Shown here piece by piece: positions 19,789 to 28,408 of a stretch of DNA of 64,000 nucleotides; the stretch's first letter is position 1, and each line of letters opens with the position of its first letter. The DNA is taken from the sequence record AB897757.1; one strand, written 5' to 3'. A program made the translations under genes and the position numbers. Source of the DNA: Klebsiella phage K64-1. The notes below the pieces were generated by a model that had not been told where the DNA came from, ran no database searches, and was given only the letters and a program-made list of their open reading frames with translations.

Positions 19789-20562
19789 ATGGCTAATCTA
19801 AAACTACTACAAGAAGCGATTCAGGCTTTTGCAAATGGCGAGCAAGAAGTCGCGGATACTAAAATGCGTCAATATTTCATTGAAGCTGCAAGTGATATTA
19901 ATAAAAAACTTGAAGAAGAAATGGAAGACGAAACTGACGATGAAGTAATGGAAGACTTCTCTATGTCTCCATCTCAAGATCTGAATACCGATGTACAATA
20001 CCCAATGGAAGAAGCTGAAGAAGAACCAACTGACGTTGAAGTTGATTTCCAAGCTGATGATGAAGGTGCAGATGATTCTGCTGAAGCAGAACTACCAAGT
20101 GCTGATCAATGGGCTGATATCCAGGATGCATATCGCGGTCTACAGAAAATGTTTGATGAAATCGCTGGTTCCGACGAAGTTGAACTAGGTGACGAAGAAG
20201 AACCTACTGAAGACGGTTTCGAAGATGTTTCTTTTGGTGACGAAAAAGTTGGTGAATCTTATAAAATGAAAGATGCTCCAAGTGTAGATAAAACTGAAAA
20301 ACCAGGAGTTAACAAAAAGTCTCCAATTGCTTCTACTGCTAAGTCTCCAGTACAAGGTGTTGAACCAATTAAAACTGGTAAAAACACCACTCCAGTAGTT
20401 GACGATACTTTTGACGGTGCTGATGCTGAATCTTTCACTATCCCACGTGATAATGACAATGTTCTTAATAAAGCAACTGATGCAATGAAAGATGCTAAGC
20501 AACCAAAAAATACCGCTACTAAAGCTAGTTCAGTACTACCTAAAAAAGCACCTAAACTATAA
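19789..20562 (+). CDS. highly acidic protein in the gp68 / prohead core or scaffold position
   Basis: 257 aa, rich in D/E (EEEMEDETDDEVMED...). Located between the portal and prohead protease genes. Confidence 0.45.
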   Translation: MANLKLLQEAIQAFANGEQEVADTKMRQYFIEAASDINKKLEEEMEDETDDEVMEDFSMSPSQDLNTDVQYPMEEAEEEPTDVEVDFQADDEGADDSAEAELPSADQWADIQDAYRGLQKMFDEIAGSDEVELGDEEEPTEDGFEDVSFGDEKVGESYKMKDAPSVDKTEKPGVNKKSPIASTAKSPVQGVEPIKTGKNTTPVVDDTFDGADAESFTIPRDNDNVLNKATDAMKDAKQPKNTATKASSVLPKKAPKL

Positions 20563-20586
20563 TCATAAAAGGGAGATCATTTAAAT

Positions 20587-21207
20587 ATGAGTATGCTACG
20601 TGAATGGTCTTCATTCGAGGATTCTAAAGTACTAACTGAATACAGAGATAATGGTGTAGGTGGTAAAGATTGTTATCTGCGTGGAATTGCTATTCAGGCA
20701 GATAAAAGAAATCACAACGAACGTGTATATCCACTGAACGAAATTACTAAAGCAGTCCAAAACATGCAACAGCGTATTGCCAGTACTGGTGGTATTGCTG
20801 TTGAATGTGATCACCCAGAATCATTGAACATTAATATGGATCGTGTTGCTGGTATGATTACTAAAGTGTGGATGGAAGGTTCTAATGGTATGGCTGAAAT
20901 TAAACTATTCAATACTGATCATGGAAAAAATATTCGTGCGATGATTGAAGGTGGTCTTCGTCCTGGTGTTAGTTCCCGTGGCTCTGGTAATGTTGATTAT
21001 AATGGTGTTGTTAGTGATTTCGAAATTGTTACTATTGATATTGTAGCTCAACCTAGTGCTCCTGATGCTTATCCAATGGCAGTATTTGAGTCTCTTAATA
21101 ATAAGTATGGATATGGACAAACGCAGAAACCTGTTAATGAATCAAAGTCAGTTTCTAAAAATATGGATTCTGAAATCTATGATTTTTTCAAGAAATTAAA
21201 AGGTTAA
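20587..21207 (+). CDS. 21: prohead core protease gp21
   Basis: NERVYP, ECDHPES, GVSSRGSGN and QPSAPDAY match T4 gp21 NKRLYP, ELNHPP, GVSSRGLGS and GPSAPDAW. Confidence 0.85.
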   Translation: MSMLREWSSFEDSKVLTEYRDNGVGGKDCYLRGIAIQADKRNHNERVYPLNEITKAVQNMQQRIASTGGIAVECDHPESLNINMDRVAGMITKVWMEGSNGMAEIKLFNTDHGKNIRAMIEGGLRPGVSSRGSGNVDYNGVVSDFEIVTIDIVAQPSAPDAYPMAVFESLNNKYGYGQTQKPVNESKSVSKNMDSEIYDFFKKLKG

Positions 21208-21251
21208 TATTTTTATAAACATAAATATTTGTATATTAAAGGAGATGTAAA

Positions 21252-22364
21252 ATGACTAAATTGGAAAAGCTTCTAAAAGAATCATCCCTTTCTGATGAAG
21301 CAAAACAACTCATCCAGGAAGCATGGAATGAAGAAAAAAATAATCTAGCCGCAGAAATGCGTCAGGAAATGAAAGAACGTTATAAACAAGATCTTGCTGA
21401 ACTAACTGAAGGTCTTGATCAGATGATGAGTACTGTTATCGCTGAAGAAATGAATGCGGTATATGATGAAAAACGCAAACTCGTTGAAGATCGCGTAACT
21501 CTTCGTAAAACTCTGAGTAATTTCTCTGGTTTTGCTAATTCAGTACTAGCTGAAGAAGTGAAACAAATGCGTAATGAACGTAAACTTATTAAAGAAAGTA
21601 TGAATAAATTCGTCAATTTCTCTAATAACATTCTTGCAGAAGAACTTAAAGAATTCCACGTTGAAAAACGTCAACTGGTAGAAAGTCGTGTTAAATTGCT
21701 TGCTGAAGGTTCTAAAAAAATCAATGAAGCTCGTGATAATTTTATTAAACGTACTTCCGAAAGTGCTGCAAAATATATTACTGAAACTACACAGAAACAT
21801 CTTAGTGCACTAAAACAGGATATCGCTGAAGCTAAGCAAAATACTTTCGGGCGTAAACTATATGAAGCATTTTCTAATGAATTTTATTCACAACAATTCA
21901 ATGAAAATGTTCTACTACGTTCACTGAATGAATCTCTGAAAACTAAAGAAGATGAAATTGTTCAAGTTAAACAAGCTCTTTCAGAAAGTACCAAAGCAGT
22001 TAAAGAAGTTCAACATAAACTTCGTGTTATGGAAGATACTCAAGCACGAAATGCAATTATCTCTGAACTAACTAAACCGCTTAATGTACAACAAAAGCAA
22101 ATTATGGAATCACTTCTGGCTACTTCTCCAACTGAAAAGCTAAAAGACGATTTCAATAAGTACCACAAGTCAGTACTTAATGGTACTAAAGTAACAGAAT
22201 CTGTAAAAGACGTTCAACCTAAAAAGAAAACTCTTTCAGAAGGTTCAGTTGTTACCGGCAATCGCCAACAAGCAAAAGTTATCGTTGAAAATTCAGAAAT
22301 TGATGAAGACGATATGAAGTACCTCGAAGAACTATCTATTCTAAGTGGTATTATTAAAAAGTAA
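21252..22364 (+). CDS. 22: prohead core scaffold protein gp22
   Basis: 370-aa coiled-coil, Lys/Glu-rich protein located between gp21 and gp23. Confidence 0.7.
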   Translation: MTKLEKLLKESSLSDEAKQLIQEAWNEEKNNLAAEMRQEMKERYKQDLAELTEGLDQMMSTVIAEEMNAVYDEKRKLVEDRVTLRKTLSNFSGFANSVLAEEVKQMRNERKLIKESMNKFVNFSNNILAEELKEFHVEKRQLVESRVKLLAEGSKKINEARDNFIKRTSESAAKYITETTQKHLSALKQDIAEAKQNTFGRKLYEAFSNEFYSQQFNENVLLRSLNESLKTKEDEIVQVKQALSESTKAVKEVQHKLRVMEDTQARNAIISELTKPLNVQQKQIMESLLATSPTEKLKDDFNKYHKSVLNGTKVTESVKDVQPKKKTLSEGSVVTGNRQQAKVIVENSEIDEDDMKYLEELSILSGIIKK

Positions 22365-22459
22365 TATTTTTAACGCATATTTTAACCACCTTTTTCAGTA
22401 CTGATAAATAACTTTATATTGAAAAAGATTTTAATAAAATTATCTAAAGGAGACTTTAA

Positions 22460-23615
22460 ATGTCTAATAAACTACTAACTGAATCTCAATGGGCCGCGAC
22501 CAAAGAACGTATTACCGAAGGTCTAAAAGGCAGTCGTAAACGTGTGATGGATATTACTATGGATAACTATCGTCGTGAGCGTGCATTATTTGAATCTGCT
22601 ACTGCTGGTGCTACCACTGCTGGTAACATTGCTTCTGTTAACAAAGTAATTCTACCAATCATGCGTCGTGTATATTGGTGTACAACCAATGACTGGTCCA
22701 TACTGCCAGATTCATACTCTACGTGTTCAATATGCAACCAATGCTCCAGGTGTTGCTGCTGGTGAAGAAGCTCTATCTCCATACAAAATCGCCAAATCTT
22801 ATACTGGTGAACTGAATTCTGATAACACTAGCCCACAAGCCGCTCCTACTTCTCAACTAGAAGGTACTATGGGTCGTCAGGTAAATATCAACATTCTACG
22901 TGAAATCGTTGAAGCCAAATCCCGTCGTCTCTCTGCTCGTTGGACTGTTGAATCTATGCAAGATGCACAATCTCAACACGGTGTTGATATTGAAGCTGAA
23001 CTGGTTAACGCAATTGCTCAAGAAATTACTGTAGAAATCGACCAAGAACTACTTTCTCGTCTACGTGCACTACCTGGTGCTCCAGCAGTGACCTATGACC
23101 AAACCAAAGTAACTGGTGTTGCTACTTTTATTGCTGATGAACACGCTTCTCTGGCAATTCTAATCAACCGTCAGGCAAACGAAATTGCTCGTCGTACCAA
23201 ACGTGGTGCAGCTAACTGGGCTGTTGTTTCTCCAGAAGCACTATCTATTATTCAGTCTGCAACTACTTCTAGTTTTGCACGCAGTACTGAAGGTACTTTC
23301 GAAGCACCAACCAACGTTAAATTTGCTGGTACTCTAAATGGTACTATGCGTATCTACGTTGATACCTATGCTTCTGATCTGGAAGATATCCTGATTGGTT
23401 ATAAAGGTGCTAACGAAACTGACGCTGGTGCATTCTATTGCCCATACGTTCCACTGATGGCTACCGGTACTGTAATGGATCCAAATACCTCCGAGCTAGT
23501 GACTTCCTTCCTGACTCGTTACGGTTATCTGGAATTCGTGGATTCATCCTCTTCCTTTGCAAACTCAGCCGATTACTTCAGCAAAATTGCTGTTCGTAAC
23601 GTTACTTTCATGTAA
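22460..23615 (+). CDS. 23: major capsid protein gp23, reading frame split at about 22665-22670 (two overlapping ORFs 22460..22765 and 22668..23615)
   Basis: ORF1 ...TTAGNIASVNKVILPIMRRVY matches T4 gp23 ...TSGAVTQIGPAVMGMVRRA. ORF2 YIGVQPMTGPYCQIHTLRVQY...REIVEAKSRRLSA matches DICGVQPMNSPTGQVFALRAVY...KQVIEAKSRQLKA. The two parts are in different frames with no slippery motif. Confidence 0.85.
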
Positions 23616-23659
23616 TAAAATAAAAAAACTAAAAATAATATAAAATATTGTATTTTTTA

Positions 23660-23688
23660 TGGGACTTCACTTTGAAGTCCCATTTTTT
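23660..23688 (+). terminator. rho-independent terminator after capsid gene
   Basis: tgggacttca-ctt-tgaagtccca hairpin followed by a T6 run. Confidence 0.75.
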
Positions 23689-23730
23689 ATAGCATTAATT
23701 TGTTGAACAAAGTAACAAGGATGTTTTATA

Positions 23731-24957
23731 ATGATGACATTTGATGAAGTGCATGAACAATTTATTAAAATTGGTAATAAGAGAGAACCATCTTATTTTA
23801 AAAAAATAATTTTAAAAGAAATTGAAATGTATAATTTAAATTATGAATTTATTGGGTTTAATATTAATTCTATTATTGAATTTAAAGGAGCAAGAACGAA
23901 GTTAGTACTAAAATGTCCAGTACATGGTATTTTTTCTGATTGTACTTTCAATAATTTTACAAAATCTAATGCACAGGGTCGCCGCTGTCCTGAATGTGCT
24001 AAAGAATCTAAAGCTTTGAAACAACGTTGTTGTACTGAAGAATTTATTGAAAAATGTAAAAGAGTACATAATGATTTTTATGATTACAGTAAGACTATAT
24101 ACGGAAAAAATGCTCATGAACACGTTGTTGTTACCTGTAAATTACCAAATCATGGAGATTTCAAAATACGTCCTTCATGTCATTATAATAAAGCACAAGG
24201 TTGTCCTATATGTGCAAAAGAAAAAAGAAAAATTGATGAACAGGATATAATAACCAGATTAAATGAAATACATAATAATCACTTTGGATTTGATAAATTC
24301 GTATATAATGGATCGGAAAATAAATCTATAGTAACTTGTTTAGTGCATAATAAAAATTATGAAGTTAAAGTTGGGAGTTTACTTTATGATCATGGCTGTG
24401 CATTGTGTTCAACAAGAGCAAAACACACAAAAGAATCATTCATATCGATGGCAGTACTGAAACATGGTAATGTATATGATTACAGTAAAGTACAATATGT
24501 AGATTTATTCACTAAAGTTGAAGTTGTTTGTAATAAAGATAATCATGGTTCATTCTTTATTACTCCAACAAGTCATATACATGGTTTAAAACCAAATGCA
24601 TGTCCAAAATGTTCAAAATATGGATTTCAACCAAATAAACCTGGATTCTTTTATATTCAAAAAATAACTAATTCATGTAAAGAAGTTATATCTTATAAGT
24701 ACGGTATTACATGTGATTTAATAAGACGATTGAATGAGCATAACAGAAATTCTATATATGTGCATGAATATATTTTTCATGAATACTTTGATAATGGGTA
24801 TGAAGCAATTGAACTTGAAAAGCTTATAAAAAAATCAATTCCTTCTTGGTATTTGAATTCTAATGAATTTGGTGATGGTTTCACTGAAACATACGATCCT
24901 AAATACCACAAAGATGTTATTAATATAATCAAAAAACAACAAAGGAGAAATCCATGA
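23731..24957 (+). CDS. putative homing-type endonuclease: four Cys-rich repeats plus C-terminal GIY-YIG/T5orf172-like domain (segD position)
   Basis: Four modules of about 65 aa (LKCPVHG...GRRCPEC, VTCKLPNHG...GCPIC, VTCLVHNK...GCALC, VVCNKDNHG...ACPKC). C-terminus GFFYIQKI...YKYGIT...R...DGFTET. Sits between gp23 and downstream genes, where T4 carries segD. Confidence 0.6.
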   Translation: MMTFDEVHEQFIKIGNKREPSYFKKIILKEIEMYNLNYEFIGFNINSIIEFKGARTKLVLKCPVHGIFSDCTFNNFTKSNAQGRRCPECAKESKALKQRCCTEEFIEKCKRVHNDFYDYSKTIYGKNAHEHVVVTCKLPNHGDFKIRPSCHYNKAQGCPICAKEKRKIDEQDIITRLNEIHNNHFGFDKFVYNGSENKSIVTCLVHNKNYEVKVGSLLYDHGCALCSTRAKHTKESFISMAVLKHGNVYDYSKVQYVDLFTKVEVVCNKDNHGSFFITPTSHIHGLKPNACPKCSKYGFQPNKPGFFYIQKITNSCKEVISYKYGITCDLIRRLNEHNRNSIYVHEYIFHEYFDNGYEAIELEKLIKKSIPSWYLNSNEFGDGFTETYDPKYHKDVINIIKKQQRRNP

Positions 24958-25307
24958 AAACTGTAGTAGTATTCAAAACAATTAAGGAAGAATACATAAA
25001 AAGCTCAGTATCTAATATGAAAACGTTTGTTCCACAAGGAACACTTGTTGCATTTGATGAGAATGATTCAATACTGTATTATTCGGATGATAGATTAGAA
25101 TTCAGTACAGAAAAATTTATAGATATTGCAATGATAGTTGATACTGAAGAAATGGAATACTCAGAGTACATGAAAAAGTACAAAGATTACCTTATGAAGT
25201 TTCATGGTAATGCACCTGTGATTAAATTACATGAATCCAGTGAATTCTCCCCACATAACCCGTTTCAACGTTTGGTTGATTTGGGTGTGTCCTTCAAACT
25301 TTTCTGA
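24954..25307 (+). CDS. hypothetical protein
   Basis: 117-aa ORF whose start overlaps the upstream stop. Confidence 0.45.
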   Translation: MKTVVVFKTIKEEYIKSSVSNMKTFVPQGTLVAFDENDSILYYSDDRLEFSTEKFIDIAMIVDTEEMEYSEYMKKYKDYLMKFHGNAPVIKLHESSEFSPHNPFQRLVDLGVSFKLF

Positions 25308-25366
25308 ACAAAAATTACCCATATGATATAATTTGCGAGAATAAAATTAAAAAAAGGAAATTTTAT

Positions 25367-26101
25367 ATGGGTACTTATATACTAAAACATACGTTGTTTG
25401 ATAATCAGATAAACAAAGGATATACTTATCTTCCATCTTGTATCATTGAACTTTATAAAGAAACAGAAAATAATTCATTTCTGAGTATTCGTTATCAGGG
25501 AAAATATGATAATAAGGTAAAAATAAAAAATGAACTGATTATTGATGATTTAATTAAACAAAACATCATTACACAAGATATTCTATCTGAACTGTTTATT
25601 GACAGATTTTTATTGAATGCATCCAAAACATTATCATCCTCAGTCAAGTCTATACTGAACACCGATAACAGAACTATTTGTATTAACCCGTTTCTGGTGA
25701 AAGAGTTTTTGAAATACAAAAAACAATATAACATTGATATTAATAATACGATACTTAATAATGCAATGCTTGAAAATGTTAAGTATGAATTCATGGAAGT
25801 GGTAACGTATAACAATTCACATGTAGGTAAAACTGCAAAACAAATTAGCAAAACTTCTGAAGAAAAACGATTCACATCTTTACTTGATGATAATTTTATT
25901 GATTACGATGGAATAGAAAAATATCTACCTTTGGTGTTTGATGTATTCAAATTTTCATTATCTGATAATGAATTCACCTCAAACGGTAGATTGAAACATA
26001 ATGGATATTATTATTCTAATAAAGCCAGAGTTATCAAATTCAGGATTAATGATGATTCATCCATTGAATATGTCAAATTATCAAATGAAGAAATTAAATA
26101 G
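25367..26101 (+). CDS. hypothetical protein
   Basis: 244-aa ORF. No recognisable motif. Confidence 0.5.
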   Translation: MGTYILKHTLFDNQINKGYTYLPSCIIELYKETENNSFLSIRYQGKYDNKVKIKNELIIDDLIKQNIITQDILSELFIDRFLLNASKTLSSSVKSILNTDNRTICINPFLVKEFLKYKKQYNIDINNTILNNAMLENVKYEFMEVVTYNNSHVGKTAKQISKTSEEKRFTSLLDDNFIDYDGIEKYLPLVFDVFKFSLSDNEFTSNGRLKHNGYYYSNKARVIKFRINDDSSIEYVKLSNEEIK

Positions 26102-26114
26102 ATTAATATCTTGT

Positions 26115-26122
26115 TATAAATA
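26115..26122 (+). promoter_or_regulatory. T4-type late promoter TATAAATA upstream of tail-fibre-like gene
   Basis: gttataaataatt lies 32 nt upstream of ATG at 26154. Confidence 0.4.
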
Positions 26123-26153
26123 ATTAATATACATATCGAAAAGGATTTTAATA

Positions 26154-27941
26154 ATGAGTATTAGTTTTAATCACCCCCAGAATACTATAACTAGTACTGG
26201 AAATTCTGGATCATTAAATCTAGTGGTTCTTGGTGGTTCTCCTACAAACCCAAGACCAATACGTTTTAATTCTTCATCCGTTATTATGCCTGTGCAATCA
26301 CTACCCACAGGTGAAGCTGGTGCTATTGTTTTTGACAAAAGCACAAAAACCATGAAATATCATGATGGCTCTAACTGGGTTGAATTATTAAGTGCTTCCG
26401 ATGTTGTAGCACCCCTTAATGTTCAAATCAATAACATTATCAATTCAATGGGAACAAAAATTGATACTGTTAATTATTCAAGTGCTGCAATACCGATGGC
26501 TAGTATTAGTGGTACTAATTTGAATATAGTATTTCCCAATTCCAATCCAACTGTTGGTAGTACCGGATTGTATACCAGTGCAAAAACTGGTAGTATTATG
26601 TACTATAGTTTAGCGTCAGGCCAAACATATGCCAGTATTCGTGAACAAATGTCAGGAAAAACCAATGGTCAAAGTGGTAGAACCGGTTCTCAAACTTCTC
26701 CGTGGTTAACTTCAGATGGATGGTGTTTGGCTGATGGTATGTGGTGGACGTGGCAAGGAGAGAATGGTACAGTACTAAAACAAACACCAAACCTGAATCA
26801 AAGTGCATATTTTAAGGGTTTATCTTCTGGTGGAATTACAAAAACTGATTCACCAATTGGGCAAAGTGGTTCTCTTGATACCTATACATTCACAATCCCA
26901 GATCATTATCACGGTGTAGGACAAATGAATGGAAATTCTGGACCTACTGGTGACGATGGTTCATTTATATTTGGAAGATCTTGGAATGATGGAAATTCAT
27001 ATAGAGGACTTACTATTACTGGAGATCTCAACCGACGTGAAGAACGTTCGATTAATGGGAGTGATCCAAATATTGCATTGAGTACAACGAATTCTATTTA
27101 TTTAAATGCATCTCAACGTACAATTTCACACTCACATAACTTACAGAACTTCGACGTAGCACACTTCAATGTTGCAGTACTGTATAATATTGCTGAACCA
27201 AGCTTGGCATTATCGGAAAGTGTGGCAAATACAAAATTCGTACTAAAATCCGGTGATACTATGACTGGCAACTTGAATGTAGCCAACACTCTTAGAATCG
27301 CAGGTAATAGTACTAACATTCAGTTATATTTTACCAACTCTACTTTATCTGAAAGAGCAGCAATTTATCACCAAAGTACAACAAATACATTAAGACTGCG
27401 TTCAAATGGTGGTTCTGAAGTATATATTAATGGTGATGGTTCTCTGTATGTTCCAGGTTCCACAACCGTTACTGGTAATTTTGTATCACAAGGTTCCGCA
27501 ACTGTTTCTGGTAACATTATATCACAGGGTTCTGCAACAGTTTCTGGTAACATTACATCACAAGGTTCTGCAACTGTCTCTGGTAACATTACATCACAAG
27601 GTAGAAATGTAGTAAGAGCTATTAATGGGATAACTGCTGATGGTAATGGAAACTTAAATGTAACGAATTCTAGTGGTACTACTTCCGGCTGGCATAAAGA
27701 TGAAGGTACCGGTATTATCACACAATGGGGTTACATCCAAAGTACTGGTAATGATATCCATGTAAACTTTCCACGAACTTTCAGTTCAGCATGTTACTGT
27801 GTAACATTGGGTCAAATTTTCAACTCTCATGCTGACCAAGGACGAACTGCACGTTTATTAGCACCTGCGTCAGTTTCTGGATTTGATTTTTATATCGGTT
27901 CATCAGAAACTGGGTGTTACTGGCAAGCAATCGGTCGATAA
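26154..27941 (+). CDS. tail fibre-like protein with tandem 12-aa repeats
   Basis: N-terminal PIRFNSSS...GAIVFDKSTKTMKYHDGSNWVEL is a common tail-fibre N-terminal motif. GNFVSQGSATVS is repeated 3.5 times. Repetitive Ser/Thr/Gly-rich remainder. Confidence 0.55.
   Translation: MSISFNHPQNTITSTGNSGSLNLVVLGGSPTNPRPIRFNSSSVIMPVQSLPTGEAGAIVFDKSTKTMKYHDGSNWVELLSASDVVAPLNVQINNIINSMGTKIDTVNYSSAAIPMASISGTNLNIVFPNSNPTVGSTGLYTSAKTGSIMYYSLASGQTYASIREQMSGKTNGQSGRTGSQTSPWLTSDGWCLADGMWWTWQGENGTVLKQTPNLNQSAYFKGLSSGGITKTDSPIGQSGSLDTYTFTIPDHYHGVGQMNGNSGPTGDDGSFIFGRSWNDGNSYRGLTITGDLNRREERSINGSDPNIALSTTNSIYLNASQRTISHSHNLQNFDVAHFNVAVLYNIAEPSLALSESVANTKFVLKSGDTMTGNLNVANTLRIAGNSTNIQLYFTNSTLSERAAIYHQSTTNTLRLRSNGGSEVYINGDGSLYVPGSTTVTGNFVSQGSATVSGNIISQGSATVSGNITSQGSATVSGNITSQGRNVVRAINGITADGNGNLNVTNSSGTTSGWHKDEGTGIITQWGYIQSTGNDIHVNFPRTFSSACYCVTLGQIFNSHADQGRTARLLAPASVSGFDFYIGSSETGCYWQAIGR
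27474..27603 (+). repeat. 3.5 tandem copies of a 36-nt unit inside the tail-fibre-like gene
   Basis: ggtaacattacatcacaaggttctgcaactgtctct units encode GNI(T/I)SQGSATVS. Confidence 0.8.
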
Positions 27942-27977
27942 TTTTTTTTGAACGAAAATAACATATAACGATATAAT

Positions 27978-28012
27978 TAAAGCATCTGACACACAGTCAG
28001 GTGCTTTTTATA
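27978..28012 (+). terminator. rho-independent terminator (G-U containing stem)
   Basis: gcatctgac-acac-agtcaggtgc followed by ttttt. Confidence 0.5.
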
Positions 28013-28039
28013 TAATAATGACAAAGAAGGAAATTAATT

Positions 28040-28333
28040 ATGGCTAAACATGAAGACAAAGTACAAATTGAAGATCTAAATAATGAACAACGCAAACGTC
28101 TTAGTGACGGTCTGAACAATGCAGTAGTTCAACTTACTTTTATTGATGATACCAAAGCCTCACTGAAAGATTTTATTGATTCACTGGCTGACGAACTCGG
28201 TATCGATGCAAGTGATATCAAACAAGCCGCCAATACTATCTATAAACAAAACTTCTTCGATAAATCCAGTAAGCATGATAAAATCGAAACTATTCTAAGT
28301 ATTACTGGTAATCTTCCACAAGCCGACGATTAA
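28040..28333 (+). CDS. hypothetical protein
   Basis: 97-aa ORF with an RBS aaggaaat. Lies upstream of the polymerase gene. Confidence 0.5.
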   Translation: MAKHEDKVQIEDLNNEQRKRLSDGLNNAVVQLTFIDDTKASLKDFIDSLADELGIDASDIKQAANTIYKQNFFDKSSKHDKIETILSITGNLPQADD

Positions 28334-28345
28334 TACATTATAAAT

Positions 28346-28373
28346 AAAAGCCTCCTTTTCTGGAGGCTTTTTC
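28346..28373 (+). terminator. rho-independent terminator
   Basis: aagcctcc-ttttc-tggaggctt followed by ttttc. Confidence 0.7.
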
Positions 28374-28408
28374 TATCTGTTAAGTGCAATTAAAAATAAG
28401 GAAATTTA

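Noticed and set aside
22460-22765. Treating the 101-aa ORF as an independent small gene upstream of the capsid gene
   Set aside because: Its C-terminal half aligns with residues of mature T4 gp23 that are contiguous with the downstream ORF. It is the 5' part of the same gene.
27368-27721. 117-aa minus-strand ORF with repeated PETVAEPCD(V/I)MLPE
   Set aside because: Artefact of the 36-nt tandem repeats inside the tail-fibre-like gene, read antisense.
28338-28345. TATAAATA late-promoter motif upstream of DNA polymerase gene
   Set aside because: It overlaps the terminator hairpin. The polymerase is expected to be an early gene. Probably a chance occurrence in AT-rich DNA.
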